Assembly (NCBI GenBank): GCA_963664405.1
Contig: OY761158.1
Location: forward strand, 5,472,001-5,536,000
DNA: 64,000 nt
From: Thermoanaerobaculia bacterium
Lineage (GTDB): Bacteria > Acidobacteriota > Thermoanaerobaculia > Multivoradales > Multivoraceae
Direction: 5' to 3'
Under the pieces are notes generated by a model. It saw only the letters and a program-made list of their open reading frames with translations. It did not search any database and was not told where the DNA came from. Numbering within the stretch: the stretch's first letter is position 1; each line of letters starts with the position of its first letter. The position numbers were made by a program, and so were the translations under genes. Below, in pieces: positions 1 through 9,716 of this stretch.

Positions 1-309
1 CGCCCAGGCGAGAAACGAGTAGCTCTCCCCTCCGAGATTTTCGATGTCGGCCCGCCCGATGCGCACCCAGACACGGGCACCAACATCCTCGCCGAAACCG
101 AAGAGAGTCACCCCTTGGCCTTCCTCCACCTCGACACCTGTGCCCGTCCAGCCGTCGTGGGCGGTAGGCAGCCGAACGCTGGCAAGGGAGACTACGGCCG
201 GCTCGCCTCGCAGCAGATGCTCCAGAGACGCGCTCTGTGCGGGCGCGACAGAGGGAAGACAGACCACCACTAGCCACTCAAGAAGTCCTATTCGCAACCT
301 TGTACGCAC
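1..309 (-). CDS. Partial (3'-truncated by window edge) hypothetical exported protein
   Basis: GTG at 309 preceded by AGGAGG; open to position 1: MRTRLRIGLLEWLVVVCLPSVAPAQ...WTGTGVEVEEGQGVTLFG; signal-peptide-like N-terminus; absent from the ORF track because it has no stop in the window. Confidence 0.6.
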   Translation of the reverse strand, partial: MRTRLRIGLLEWLVVVCLPSVAPAQSASLEHLLRGEPAVVSLASVRLPTAHDGWTGTGVEVEEGQGVTLFGFGEDVGARVWVRIGRADIENLGGESYSFLAWA

Positions 310-496
310 TCCTATCCTCCTGGCACGGCCGGTCCGCGTCTCCGGAGACGGGGCTACCCCAGCCGTGTACTCGACATAGAAAATCTTGTTGATGATTTTA
401 CTCCTCGTCGGTCCGAGCAACGACATGTCGGTCACGTACATTGGAAAAGGACCTGCGCTCGACTACTGTCGCAGTCCGCCACATTTCACGACACGC

Positions 497-3214
497 TCAG
501 TCGGTGGGCACGAGGCGCTCGAGCTCTTCGAACCAATTGGTGACTAGCGTAACGTGGTCGGTTCCGTAGGAGTCCGTAGCGGCCGGGAACACGACGAAAC
601 GCCGTCCGTCACCGGCTACGTCGAAGCCAGGGTATGGCTCCCCCGCGAGGATCGGTACCAGCAGGTAGCCCTCGTCGAGAACGGCCTCCGCTATGCCGGG
701 ACGGAGGACCCCGTTGCCCTCTTTCACAAGGACCCTCGCAATATGGGACCCGGTACCGAAAAAGAGCGCGCGACCATCGGCCGACCACTTCGGATACCTG
801 CCTCCGTTCGTCGAGATCATTACTCGCCCAGCTCCGTCGGGAAAGGGTCGGACGTAGATCTGGAAGATCCCCGATACGTCCGACTCATAAGCTATCCAGC
901 GACCGTCGGGCGAGAACATGCCCATACTCTCGTTGGCCTGCGTGTCAAGGAAAGCATAGGGCTCGCTTTGGCCGTCCAACGGGAGAATCCAGACGTCCTC
1001 GTCGACGACGTCTAGCTTGGCTCTGCCGTAGGCGAGAAATCGACCGTCGGGGCTGTAGGAGGAGGGGAAGACGCTGTGGGCGCCCCCGATCAGCGTTTCG
1101 ATCTCTCCCGATCCGTCGGCTCGCGTCTCATAGATGGCGTTTCTCTGGTTGCGCTCGGAGTTGAAGGCCAGCGTCTCGCCGTCGGGCGACCAGGCCACGT
1201 CGTCGTCTCGCGCAGAGTCGTCGGTCAGCCTAGTCTCGGTGCCGCGCTCCAGGTCGTAGACCCAGATGTCGACGTTGCCATCGCGGAGCTCGGTCACGGC
1301 GAGTCGCGACCCGTCCGGCGACAACTGCGGCGAGCCGTAGAGCCCCGGCGACAAGAGCGGTGTGTCGTCTCCCCGCAGATCGACCCACACCGCTGGAAAC
1401 TTCTGCTCCTCCGCTCCGCCGCTCAAGTAGACAAGGGACCCGGAGTCGGAAAGGTCGTAGCCGGAGTTCTCGATGTTGTGCAGGGTGAGGACGTTCGACT
1501 GGATGGGCCCAAAAACTCCGGATTGGATGGGGACAGCTGACCCCTTAGTTGTGAGCTCTTTCAGGTCGAAGGCTACGGCGAAGAGATCTTCGCCCGCGCG
1601 AAATACCAGTTGGCCTGTGGGGAGGTAACGGCCATGAGATCCGTTGGCGCGAACAACGCTTCTCTCCCGAGTTTGCAGGTTCAAGGCCTCGATGCTCGAC
1701 GGACCCGAGGATCCCTGCCACGTTGTGAAGGAAGTAAACAGGAGCGCTTTGCCCCCTGGGAGCAGTTGAGGTGAACGGTGGGTGTGCTCGCCCTCGGCGA
1801 GCTCAGTCATCAATTCGGGCTCGCCTCCGTTTGCGGAAACTCGGACCAAGCCGCCCGGGGGGCGAGCGTTGAAGACGATCGTTCCGTCGCGGGTCCAGGT
1901 GCCCGTCGACCAGCTACTCGCCGCAGTCACAGTCTGCGGTGCGCCGCCGCTCACCTGAACCTTGCGTAGCTCCGAGTCGGTGAAGAAGGCGACCCAGTCT
2001 CCATCCGGAGAGAAGAAGGGCTGGAAAACGGATCCGGAGGCGAGTAGTCTGCCCTCCAACTGGTCGAGTTGGCGCACGTAGAGCTCTCGAGTCGGCGCGC
2101 CGTCGGCCGAAGGTCTGTGCACCACATAGGCAAGGTCGCACCCGTCTGGGGACAGCACGGCATCAAGGACAGCGCCGCCGTCGGCCTCGGCGATTTTGAC
2201 GTCCAGATGGAGACTCGGACCCATTGGTGCCGACGGGCGATTCACCAGCCAGGCGAGTGTTGCAAGAGTGACTACGGTCACGACGCCGAGAGCAGCGACC
2301 ATGGGAGTCGAGCGCCAGAGAGCTGTCGTCGGCAACGAGTTTGCCAGTCCATCGGCCCCGGGCTTCTGAAGCAAGAGCCGAGCGTCGGCAATGTCGTGTA
2401 GCCGATCGCGCCTCTTCTTGGCCAGACAGAGTTGGAGCAGACTCTTCATTGAAGAAGGTACGTCGGCGGGCAGGGAGTCGAGCTCGGGGTCGTCCCGAAG
2501 CACCGCTGCCAGGGTATTAGGAGCATCCTCACCTTGGAAGGCGCGCTTTCCCGAGAGAGCCTCGAAGAGGCAGACTCCGAACGCCCAGATGTCAGCTCTC
2601 TCGTCGACTGTCTTGCCGGAGGCCTGCTCGGGTGCCATATACGCCGCTGTGCCGAGGATCTCGCCGCGCTGCGTCGCCGCCAGCGTCAGAGTAGGCGACT
2701 GTGACTGACCCGGAGCGGCGGGCTCCTGCGGCGGAGCCATCGCCTTGGCCAGCCCGAAATCGAGGATCTTGACGTTGCCGTCTTCCGAAACCTTGATATT
2801 CGCAGGCTTGAGGTCGCGATGGATGACGCCCTTCTCGTGGGCTGCTTCCAGGCCCTCCGCGATCTGGAGAAACAGCGGTAGAGCTTCGTCGACGGGTATC
2901 GTGCCTCTCTTGATGCGCTCGGCGAGTGTCTCGCCTTCGACCAACTCCATGACAAGGAAGCTAGTGTCCCCTTCCTTCTCGAAGCCGTAGAGCGTGGCGA
3001 TGTTGTTGTGATTCAGTGAGGCGAGGAAGCGAGCTTCACGCTCGAAGCGCGCCAGCCGATCAGGATCTTTGGAGACCTCATCGAGAAGCAGCTTGATTGC
3101 CACCTCGCGACCGAGCTTCGTGTCCTTGGCTCGATACACTTCTCCCATGCCTCCTGCGCCTAGCGAGGAGACCACTTCGTAGTGGCCGAGGCGAGTGCCA
3201 GCTTCTAGCGCCAT
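497..3214 (-). CDS. Ser/Thr protein kinase with TM helix and C-terminal TolB-like/PD40 beta-propeller
   Basis: GAGGMGEVY, VAIK, HRDLKPAN, DFG and APE motifs; repeated SPDG motifs; start placed at MALEAGTRLG. Confidence 0.93.
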   Translation of the reverse strand: MALEAGTRLGHYEVVSSLGAGGMGEVYRAKDTKLGREVAIKLLLDEVSKDPDRLARFEREARFLASLNHNNIATLYGFEKEGDTSFLVMELVEGETLAERIKRGTIPVDEALPLFLQIAEGLEAAHEKGVIHRDLKPANIKVSEDGNVKILDFGLAKAMAPPQEPAAPGQSQSPTLTLAATQRGEILGTAAYMAPEQASGKTVDERADIWAFGVCLFEALSGKRAFQGEDAPNTLAAVLRDDPELDSLPADVPSSMKSLLQLCLAKKRRDRLHDIADARLLLQKPGADGLANSLPTTALWRSTPMVAALGVVTVVTLATLAWLVNRPSAPMGPSLHLDVKIAEADGGAVLDAVLSPDGCDLAYVVHRPSADGAPTRELYVRQLDQLEGRLLASGSVFQPFFSPDGDWVAFFTDSELRKVQVSGGAPQTVTAASSWSTGTWTRDGTIVFNARPPGGLVRVSANGGEPELMTELAEGEHTHRSPQLLPGGKALLFTSFTTWQGSSGPSSIEALNLQTRERSVVRANGSHGRYLPTGQLVFRAGEDLFAVAFDLKELTTKGSAVPIQSGVFGPIQSNVLTLHNIENSGYDLSDSGSLVYLSGGAEEQKFPAVWVDLRGDDTPLLSPGLYGSPQLSPDGSRLAVTELRDGNVDIWVYDLERGTETRLTDDSARDDDVAWSPDGETLAFNSERNQRNAIYETRADGSGEIETLIGGAHSVFPSSYSPDGRFLAYGRAKLDVVDEDVWILPLDGQSEPYAFLDTQANESMGMFSPDGRWIAYESDVSGIFQIYVRPFPDGAGRVMISTNGGRYPKWSADGRALFFGTGSHIARVLVKEGNGVLRPGIAEAVLDEGYLLVPILAGEPYPGFDVAGDGRRFVVFPAATDSYGTDHVTLVTNWFEELERLVPTD

Positions 3215-3431
3215 GACTTGGCGACATCTTACAGTCGCCCGTGGGATCAGCGGCTCAGAGCTCGATCTGTGCTGTCGCACCTCACCACAGAAGACGACAC
3301 GCCTGCCCGCCAGAGCCCGAAAATGCTGGATTCTCCTTGCATCCAAAAGGGAAAAGACGACACCGTGACGCCTGTTCTGCGAAGGTGCGACACCTTCGTC
3401 CTGGGTTGCTCATCGCAAACGGAGGGAGCGT

Positions 3432-3509
3432 TGGTGGAAGCGCAGGGGAATCGAACCCACCCTCGACGAGCGACTCGTCGAACAGACGGTTTTGAAGCTC
3501 GCGGGGGCT
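3432..3509 (-). pseudogene. selC: Degenerate 3' fragment of tRNA-Sec (selC-like, anticodon UCA)
   Basis: Minus strand reads GCGAG-CTTCAAA-ACCGT, long variable arm TCGACGAG-TCG-CTCGTCGA, GTGGG-TTCGATT-CCCCT, GCGCTTCC-A-CCA; no matching 5' acceptor strand upstream; mismatches in the anticodon and T stems. Confidence 0.7.
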
Positions 3510-3635
3510 CGACGTAGGATGTGGAGCCGGCCACAATTCAAGGCTGCTTTTGGAAAATGGAGTCGAAGCGGAGCTTGACCGCGAGCATCGCGGACAGGCT
3601 GAGTGCGAAGAGACTCAGGAGAGAGGGTGGTGACA

Positions 3636-4886
3636 ATGACGTGGACGCTGAACCATCGTTGGTGGATCCTTGGCATCGCTTTCTTGCTGGCGCTCGGGCC
3701 CGGCGATACCTGGTCACAGGAGATCGTCGAAGTCGGCGATCGATCCGCCAACTGCGATGACGATGCCGCGTGCATCAACCGACTTCATCCTGCGATTCCG
3801 ATGGCGGCGCGCGCCCAGCCGGGGGCGACAATTGTTCTTCATACTCGCAACGCGAGCGACTTCGATCTCGATCCCGAGGCCCCACCGGATCCGAGGGACG
3901 GAGACTTCGGCGTCGGCACGATTCATGCCCTCACCGGCCCGGTGCATATTGAGGGCGCCGAGCCCGGTGACGTCCTCAAGGTCCGAATCCTCGATATCGC
4001 GCCGGGGCCGTGGGCCTTTACGGTGATCGCACCGATCGGGTTCGTTAGCGACAAGATCGCAGGGCCCCTGCGCATCCTGTGGCGACTGAACCGGGACTAT
4101 GCTGTCTCGGACGATCTACCCGGTGTGCGCATTCCCAACCGCAGCTTCCCGGGTATCGTCACCGTCTTGCCGGGGCCGAAGGAGCACGCAGAGATGATGG
4201 CCCGAGAGGCCGAGCTCTTGGAGGCGGGAGGAGCGGTGATGCCGCCCACTCATCTGACCCACGCTTCTCCTCGAGAGGTGTGTGGCGAAGGCGGCAGCCA
4301 TGCCGGCGAGTGTCTACGCACGATTCCACCGCGCGAGCATGGCGGCAACATGGATATCAGGTATCTGGGGACGGGAGTCTCCATCTATCTGCCCTGTTAC
4401 CTGCCGGGCTGCGGCCTCGCCATCGGAGACCTGCACTACGCGCAGGGGGATGGCGAGGTCTCCGGCACCGCGCTCGAAATGGACGCCACCGTCACCGTGA
4501 CGACTGAGTTGATCAAGGACGGCCGGGATCTAGGTCGTGGCCCCCATTACGAGGGGCCGTCCTCCCTCCTGGATATTCCGTCCAGGTCGTTTTACGCGAC
4601 GACCGGTTTTCCGATCAAAGAGAAGGGCGAAGTGCCACCGGACATGCGCTATCTCGGATCGCAGCAGGTGGCGGGGCTCGAGAACTTGTCAAAGGACATT
4701 TCGTTGGCCGCGCGCAATGCATTGCTCGAGATGATCGACTACATCTCCGAGACCTACGGCTATACGAGAGAACAGGCATACATCATCTCGTCGATTGCGG
4801 TGGACCTCAGAATCGGCCAATTGGTGGACGCACCGAACGTCGGTGTGACCGCAATCCTGCCGCTGGATATTTTCGAGCCGCGCTAG
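3636..4886 (+). CDS. Acetamidase/formamidase family protein with putative signal peptide
   Basis: NRLHP, LTGPVHIEGAEPGD, PPREHGGNMD and GDLHYAQGDGE motifs. Confidence 0.9.
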   Translation: MTWTLNHRWWILGIAFLLALGPGDTWSQEIVEVGDRSANCDDDAACINRLHPAIPMAARAQPGATIVLHTRNASDFDLDPEAPPDPRDGDFGVGTIHALTGPVHIEGAEPGDVLKVRILDIAPGPWAFTVIAPIGFVSDKIAGPLRILWRLNRDYAVSDDLPGVRIPNRSFPGIVTVLPGPKEHAEMMAREAELLEAGGAVMPPTHLTHASPREVCGEGGSHAGECLRTIPPREHGGNMDIRYLGTGVSIYLPCYLPGCGLAIGDLHYAQGDGEVSGTALEMDATVTVTTELIKDGRDLGRGPHYEGPSSLLDIPSRSFYATTGFPIKEKGEVPPDMRYLGSQQVAGLENLSKDISLAARNALLEMIDYISETYGYTREQAYIISSIAVDLRIGQLVDAPNVGVTAILPLDIFEPR

Positions 4887-4913
4887 CGAACAGCCGGTTA
4901 GATGGAGACAAGA

Positions 4914-5300
4914 ATGGGCAAGAGAATAGTCACTACCAGTCAGGCGCCTGCCGCGGTTGGGCCCTATTCCCAGGCTGTGGTGTTGGATGGCTTGGTGTGG
5001 ACCTGCGGCCAGATTGCGCTAGACCCTGCGACGGGTGTGTTAGTTGGATCCGACGCGGCGGCGCAGGCGGACCGCGCCCTTCAGAACATCGACGCGATCC
5101 TGCAAGCGGCAGGCTCGAGTCTCGATCAAGTCGTCCGAACCACCGTGTACCTGGCGAACATGGACGACTTCGGCGCGGTCAGTGAGGTTTATGCCCGGTA
5201 CCTCTCCAACGACCCGCCGGCTCGAGCTTGCGTGGAGGTCTCGCGGCTGCCGCTGGGAGCCCTGGTCGAGATCGACGCGATTGCCGCAGTCGCTGTCTGA
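4914..5300 (+). CDS. ridA: RidA/YjgF/UK114 family enamine deaminase
   Basis: APAAVGPYSQA, GQIALDP, PPARACVEVSRLP, VEIDAIA; GGAGA RBS. Confidence 0.92.
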   Translation: MGKRIVTTSQAPAAVGPYSQAVVLDGLVWTCGQIALDPATGVLVGSDAAAQADRALQNIDAILQAAGSSLDQVVRTTVYLANMDDFGAVSEVYARYLSNDPPARACVEVSRLPLGALVEIDAIAAVAV

Positions 5301-5418
5301 CGGTGTCGCTCTGACGAATCGCTGAGACCCTGAAGAAGGAGCTCTCGGCTTTGGACGAGCGCTGTGAAGAGCTCACAGTAGAGGAGAGCTTTGTCGGTGA
5401 CTTGGTGTTGGTCGGGCG

Positions 5419-6519
5419 CTAAGAACCCATCTCGATGCCGATCGCGCGTGCAGCCTCGACCAGCTGGCCGGCTGGGTCGACCCGGCGGGGCACCGCGATC
5501 GCCTCGTTGATCGAGACGCGTCCAATATTGGGAGTCTGAAGCGCGACCATGCTGCCGAAGGCGCCGTCGGCTACGGCTTCCACTGCGGCTACACCCAGGC
5601 GGGTGCCGAGGATGCGGTCGAACTCGGTCGGTGAGCCGCCGCGCTGAATATGACCCAGCACCGATACGCGGACCTCGAGCGGGAGCATTGGGTCGAGCGC
5701 GGCCGCCATTCTGCTGCCGGCACCGAAGAGCTTCGGCATCCCCCCAGCCTCGCCAGTCTCGGCGTAGGTAGGCGCCACGCCTGACGGAGCCGCTCCCTCG
5801 GCGACGACTGCGATGGAGAAGAGGAGGCCGTCGTCGCGTCGCTTCTGGATGCGCTCGACGACCGGCTCCAGGCGGTACGGAATCTCGGGGATGAGGCAGA
5901 TGTGCGCGCCGCCGGCGAGCGCGCTGTGGAGAGCAACGAAGCCGGCGTCGCGCCCCATCACTTCGACGATCATCAGACGGTCGTGGCTCGCGGCGGTGTC
6001 CTGTAAACGGTCGATGGCCGAGGTCGCAGTCTGTACCGCGGTGTGGAATCCGATCGTGTAGTCGGTGCCACCCAGATCGAGATCGATCGTCTTCGGGACT
6101 CCAACAATGGCGAGCCCCCTTTCGATCAGGCGCTGGGCAATGCGCATGCTGCCGTCACCGCCCACCCAGATGAGAGCGTCGAGCTCGAGGCGATGGTAGT
6201 TCTCGACCACCTTGGCGGAGACATCGCTCTCCCGCTCCTCGCTGCCCCGGTGGCCGAAGTAGTGAAACGGATCGGCGCTGTTCGAGGTGCCGATCAGGGT
6301 GCCGCCACGATCCAAGATTGCATCGACCAGGGTCGGCGTCAGAACGCGATTGCCATGCGGGGCTCGAACTTCGAGATCGATGAGCCCTTCGGTGGCATCT
6401 TCGATGCCGAGCACCTCCCAGCCACGCTGGTGTGCGCTCAATACAACCGCGCGAATTACGGCGTTGAGCCCAGGACAATCGCCGCCGCTGGTGAGAATGC
6501 CGACCCGTTCGATGCTCAT
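5419..6519 (-). CDS. pfkA: 6-phosphofructokinase (PfkA family)
   Basis: TSGGDCPGLNA, GGDGS, PKTID, EVMGR and LGHIQRGG motifs. Confidence 0.93.
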   Translation of the reverse strand: MSIERVGILTSGGDCPGLNAVIRAVVLSAHQRGWEVLGIEDATEGLIDLEVRAPHGNRVLTPTLVDAILDRGGTLIGTSNSADPFHYFGHRGSEERESDVSAKVVENYHRLELDALIWVGGDGSMRIAQRLIERGLAIVGVPKTIDLDLGGTDYTIGFHTAVQTATSAIDRLQDTAASHDRLMIVEVMGRDAGFVALHSALAGGAHICLIPEIPYRLEPVVERIQKRRDDGLLFSIAVVAEGAAPSGVAPTYAETGEAGGMPKLFGAGSRMAAALDPMLPLEVRVSVLGHIQRGGSPTEFDRILGTRLGVAAVEAVADGAFGSMVALQTPNIGRVSINEAIAVPRRVDPAGQLVEAARAIGIEMGS

Positions 6520-6558
6520 GCGCTCAAACCCGAAGCTGGAGGAGGCTCTTCGAAACGT

Positions 6559-7134
6559 CTACGGGCGGGGCGGGTTGATCATGATGTGAGCGCCTGCGGT
6601 GCCTGCGTCCATCAGCCAGGGAGCGCTCTCCGCGGGCTTGGCTGAGAGGCCTGTGGACTCTGGGGTTGCGAAGGGCGTGTAGACGACCCAGCGGAGATAG
6701 GGCTCTTCGACCTCGCCTGTCTCCGGGTTCACGCCACTCCCGTGAAGGACGTACAGCGTACGAGGCTCACGCGGCATTGAGACTTTGCCTTCTTCGATCT
6801 CTTTGAATCGGTGGTCCCGACGCGCGGGACCCTTCATCCCCTGTGCGCTGAGCTCTCGCCCTCTTGCCATGAAGGGCTCGAGATCTTTGTGGTAGCAAGC
6901 CACCGAAAAACGGTCGTCGTCGGGATTGTCGTAGAGGCAGACGAGATCGTTACTCCCCTCGCGGAGCCAGGTGAGCTGGCCGCCGTCGTAGCCGAGCACC
7001 GCGGCTCCTTCACGCCTGCCCTCAGGGGCGGCCTGCAGGGCCGCGGCGATCTGTTGCTCTTTGGGCGGAACGTCGGCCGCAAAGAGCGGAGTGGTGAGGA
7101 GAAGGGCGAGCAGAGGGTAGATCGAAGTGTGCAT
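6559..7134 (-). CDS. Hypothetical secreted protein
   Basis: Signal peptide MHTSIYPLLALLLTTPLFA; GGAGG RBS; C-terminal PWLMDAGTAGAHIMI. Confidence 0.75.
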   Translation of the reverse strand: MHTSIYPLLALLLTTPLFAADVPPKEQQIAAALQAAPEGRREGAAVLGYDGGQLTWLREGSNDLVCLYDNPDDDRFSVACYHKDLEPFMARGRELSAQGMKGPARRDHRFKEIEEGKVSMPREPRTLYVLHGSGVNPETGEVEEPYLRWVVYTPFATPESTGLSAKPAESAPWLMDAGTAGAHIMINPPRP

Positions 7135-7329
7135 GGAACCTCCCAATTGTGCGTTTGCCCTTGGATGATAGAGGACCGGGTGACGTCGTTGCCATCGAAA
7201 TGTCTCTGGCTACGGCCCGTCCTACGGCCCTCCTTCTCAAGTGCGGTTCTCTGCGCCGGGCATTTTGGGCCGATTGCGCGTATGGCTATGAGACCGCGAG
7301 TGGTGGCTTCCGCTATGATCGACCTATTC

Positions 7330-8031
7330 ATGGACACTCTTGGGATCCTCGTCGCTTCTGCGATTGGCATTGGTTTCATTCACACCCTAATCGGTGTGGA
7401 TCACACCCTCCCTTTTGTCGTTCTAGGCCGGGCGAGAGGTTGGTCGCTCGCCAGGACTCTGAGACTGACTGCGGTCTGCGGGCTCGGCCACGTGGCTTCG
7501 TCGGTGCTTCTCGGCAGCTTCGGGCTCGGCTTGGGGGTTGCTCTAGGGCGGCTGAAAGGCGTCGAGGAGTTCCGCGGCAACCTGGCGGCCTGGGTGCTGA
7601 TCGTCTTCGGGCTGGTTTATGCTGCCTGGTCGATGGCGCGTAAACGGCGAAGTCAGCGCGAGGCGCACGCGCACGAGACCGGAGTGGTTCACGCTCACGG
7701 TCGGGGCATCTCGGTCGCCCATCAGCATGGTTCTGACGTTTCGGGGGCGTCGCTGACCGCCTGGAGTCTGTTTGTCGTCTTTGTTCTCGGCCCCTGCGAG
7801 CCTTTGATCCCGCTGCTGATGGTTCCGGCTCTGGATCTCGGTGCAATGGCCGCCGTTCCCGTGACTTTGGCCTTTGCTGTGACGACGATTGGCACCATGA
7901 TGGTGGTTGTCGCGGCTGCCTACTACGGTCTACGCATGCCCGCCTTCCGTCATCTCGAGGCGCACGCCCACACACTTGCCGGCCTCACGATCGCGTTCTC
8001 GGGTCTGCTCATCCAGTTGCTCGGTATCTGA
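7330..8031 (+). CDS. His-rich membrane protein, UreH/NicO/RcnA-like nickel/cobalt transporter-related
   Basis: FIHTLIGVDH, CGLGHV, central HAHETGVVHAH..AHQH, LGPCEPLIP; about six TM segments. Confidence 0.75.
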   Translation: MDTLGILVASAIGIGFIHTLIGVDHTLPFVVLGRARGWSLARTLRLTAVCGLGHVASSVLLGSFGLGLGVALGRLKGVEEFRGNLAAWVLIVFGLVYAAWSMARKRRSQREAHAHETGVVHAHGRGISVAHQHGSDVSGASLTAWSLFVVFVLGPCEPLIPLLMVPALDLGAMAAVPVTLAFAVTTIGTMMVVVAAAYYGLRMPAFRHLEAHAHTLAGLTIAFSGLLIQLLGI

Positions 8032-8054
8032 CCCAGGCCTCTGGCGGTGGCGCG

Positions 8055-9716
8055 ATGATCGATCTCGACAACGTGCCTGCCGGCCTTCGGCTACCCATAC
8101 TGCAGCGCAATCTGGCCGAGCTGGAGAAGAGACACAAGGTCTACTCACACTTCCTCGCGGGCGTGCGGCTTCAGCTCGCCGCCGAATCGGCATGGTTGGA
8201 CCGCGGCCCAGGACATGGAGAACCGTGGGTCGAAGGAAATACGGAGCTCGTCGACTCGGAGCTCGCTCGTAGCTTCTCTTCGGACGACAAGAACGCCAGG
8301 CCCACGCTGCCGCCGAATGTCCTCTTGTCGAGGGTCAAGGTCAATGGCCGCTTGCACGGTGTTCTCGGGGTGGCTCGGCAGAGTCGACCGTTCCGGATGG
8401 GGAGAGGGCGCGAGCTCACCCGCCTTGCGCAACTCTTGGGCGCCGACCTCGAGCGACGCCAAGAGAAGCGTCTGGCAAGAGTTCTCGATCGAATTCGCGG
8501 CAAGGTCGTTTCCGAGCTGCGTTCAAAGGATCTGGCCTACCAGATCCTCGATGGCCTTCATCAGCTGGTGCGCTACGACCACTCCGCGGCGCTGCTGACC
8601 TGGCATGAGGACGCCCAAGTGTTTCGCGTAGCGGCGGAGAAGGTGGTCTGGACCAAATCAAAGAGCCCCTTCATTGGTCACGAATTGAAAGGCTCGGTCG
8701 CCCTCCTCGCCTCGCTTCGTGAGTCCAGCGCAGTGCGAATACTCCCCTCCGCGGAGTCGATCGACGAGGTGGGCCGGCCGCTGCGAGACCTTCTCGACTA
8801 CTCTCGAGGGGGCTCGACCCCCGAGGTGAGTGATCTCCTCTGCGCACCTCTTTTCTTCGATGAGGAATTCTTGGGAGTGCTCAAGATTGCGGCCTACGAG
8901 GGGCGCGGTTTCGACGCTTACGATGTCGAGGTGGTCGAGCGTTTCCTGCCGGCGGCTGCAGTCTCACTCCGCAATGTACGGGTCAAGCAGGCACTCGAGA
9001 ACCAGGCCATGGAGGCGGAGGTGCGCGCGGGTCTCGTCACTCTCGCGCGCGCGGTCGCACACGACGTAAACAACGCCATTGGCACGATCCTTCCGCTCAC
9101 CCAGCAGGCACGCGCGGACCTGGTCGAGGGCAATGCCGATCTCGGTCGACTCAAGGAAGATCTGGATCTTGTGATCGAAAAAGCGATCCTGTGCAAACGG
9201 ATCTTCTCCAACATGCTTCGCGCGGCGGGGCGCCGGTCGGCGGGGCGTGGACCCGTCGATGTTCGACAGATCGGCGAAGGGATCGTGTCGATCATGGAGG
9301 CGCATTTGGCCTCCGCGGGCGTCGAGCTCGAGCTCGACCTCGCCGAAGGTCTGCGCCCGGTGTGCTTCTCCCGTCCGCACCTGGAGCGAGTTCTCTGGAA
9401 CCTCGTTACCAACGCGATCGAAGCCCTCGCCGACACCGGCGGCGTGGTCACTATCCGTGCTCGAAACGCCGACGATGGCAGGGTCACTCTGTCGGTGCTC
9501 GATGACGGTCCCGGCATCGAGGCCGATCTCCTCGACAAGGTCCAGGAACCCTTCTTCACGACCAAGCGTGACGGCACTGGTCTCGGACTCGCCTTGGCGC
9601 GATCCCTTGTGTGGCAGAACGACGGAGCTATGGAGGTCCATAGCGAGCTCGGGCGTGGCACTGAGGTGCAGCTCTCCCTGGCAGCCGACGGCGATTGTGG
9701 TGAGGTGGAGACCTGA
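8055..9716 (+). CDS. GAF-domain sensor histidine kinase
   Basis: H-box AVAHDVNN; N-box NLVTNA; DDGPG; F-box PFFTTK; GTGLGL. Confidence 0.9.
   Translation: MIDLDNVPAGLRLPILQRNLAELEKRHKVYSHFLAGVRLQLAAESAWLDRGPGHGEPWVEGNTELVDSELARSFSSDDKNARPTLPPNVLLSRVKVNGRLHGVLGVARQSRPFRMGRGRELTRLAQLLGADLERRQEKRLARVLDRIRGKVVSELRSKDLAYQILDGLHQLVRYDHSAALLTWHEDAQVFRVAAEKVVWTKSKSPFIGHELKGSVALLASLRESSAVRILPSAESIDEVGRPLRDLLDYSRGGSTPEVSDLLCAPLFFDEEFLGVLKIAAYEGRGFDAYDVEVVERFLPAAAVSLRNVRVKQALENQAMEAEVRAGLVTLARAVAHDVNNAIGTILPLTQQARADLVEGNADLGRLKEDLDLVIEKAILCKRIFSNMLRAAGRRSAGRGPVDVRQIGEGIVSIMEAHLASAGVELELDLAEGLRPVCFSRPHLERVLWNLVTNAIEALADTGGVVTIRARNADDGRVTLSVLDDGPGIEADLLDKVQEPFFTTKRDGTGLGLALARSLVWQNDGAMEVHSELGRGTEVQLSLAADGDCGEVET

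Noticed and set aside
380-400. AT-rich palindrome AAAATC-N8-GATTTT upstream of the first gene
   Set aside because: Only 6-bp arms, single occurrence, no assignable regulator
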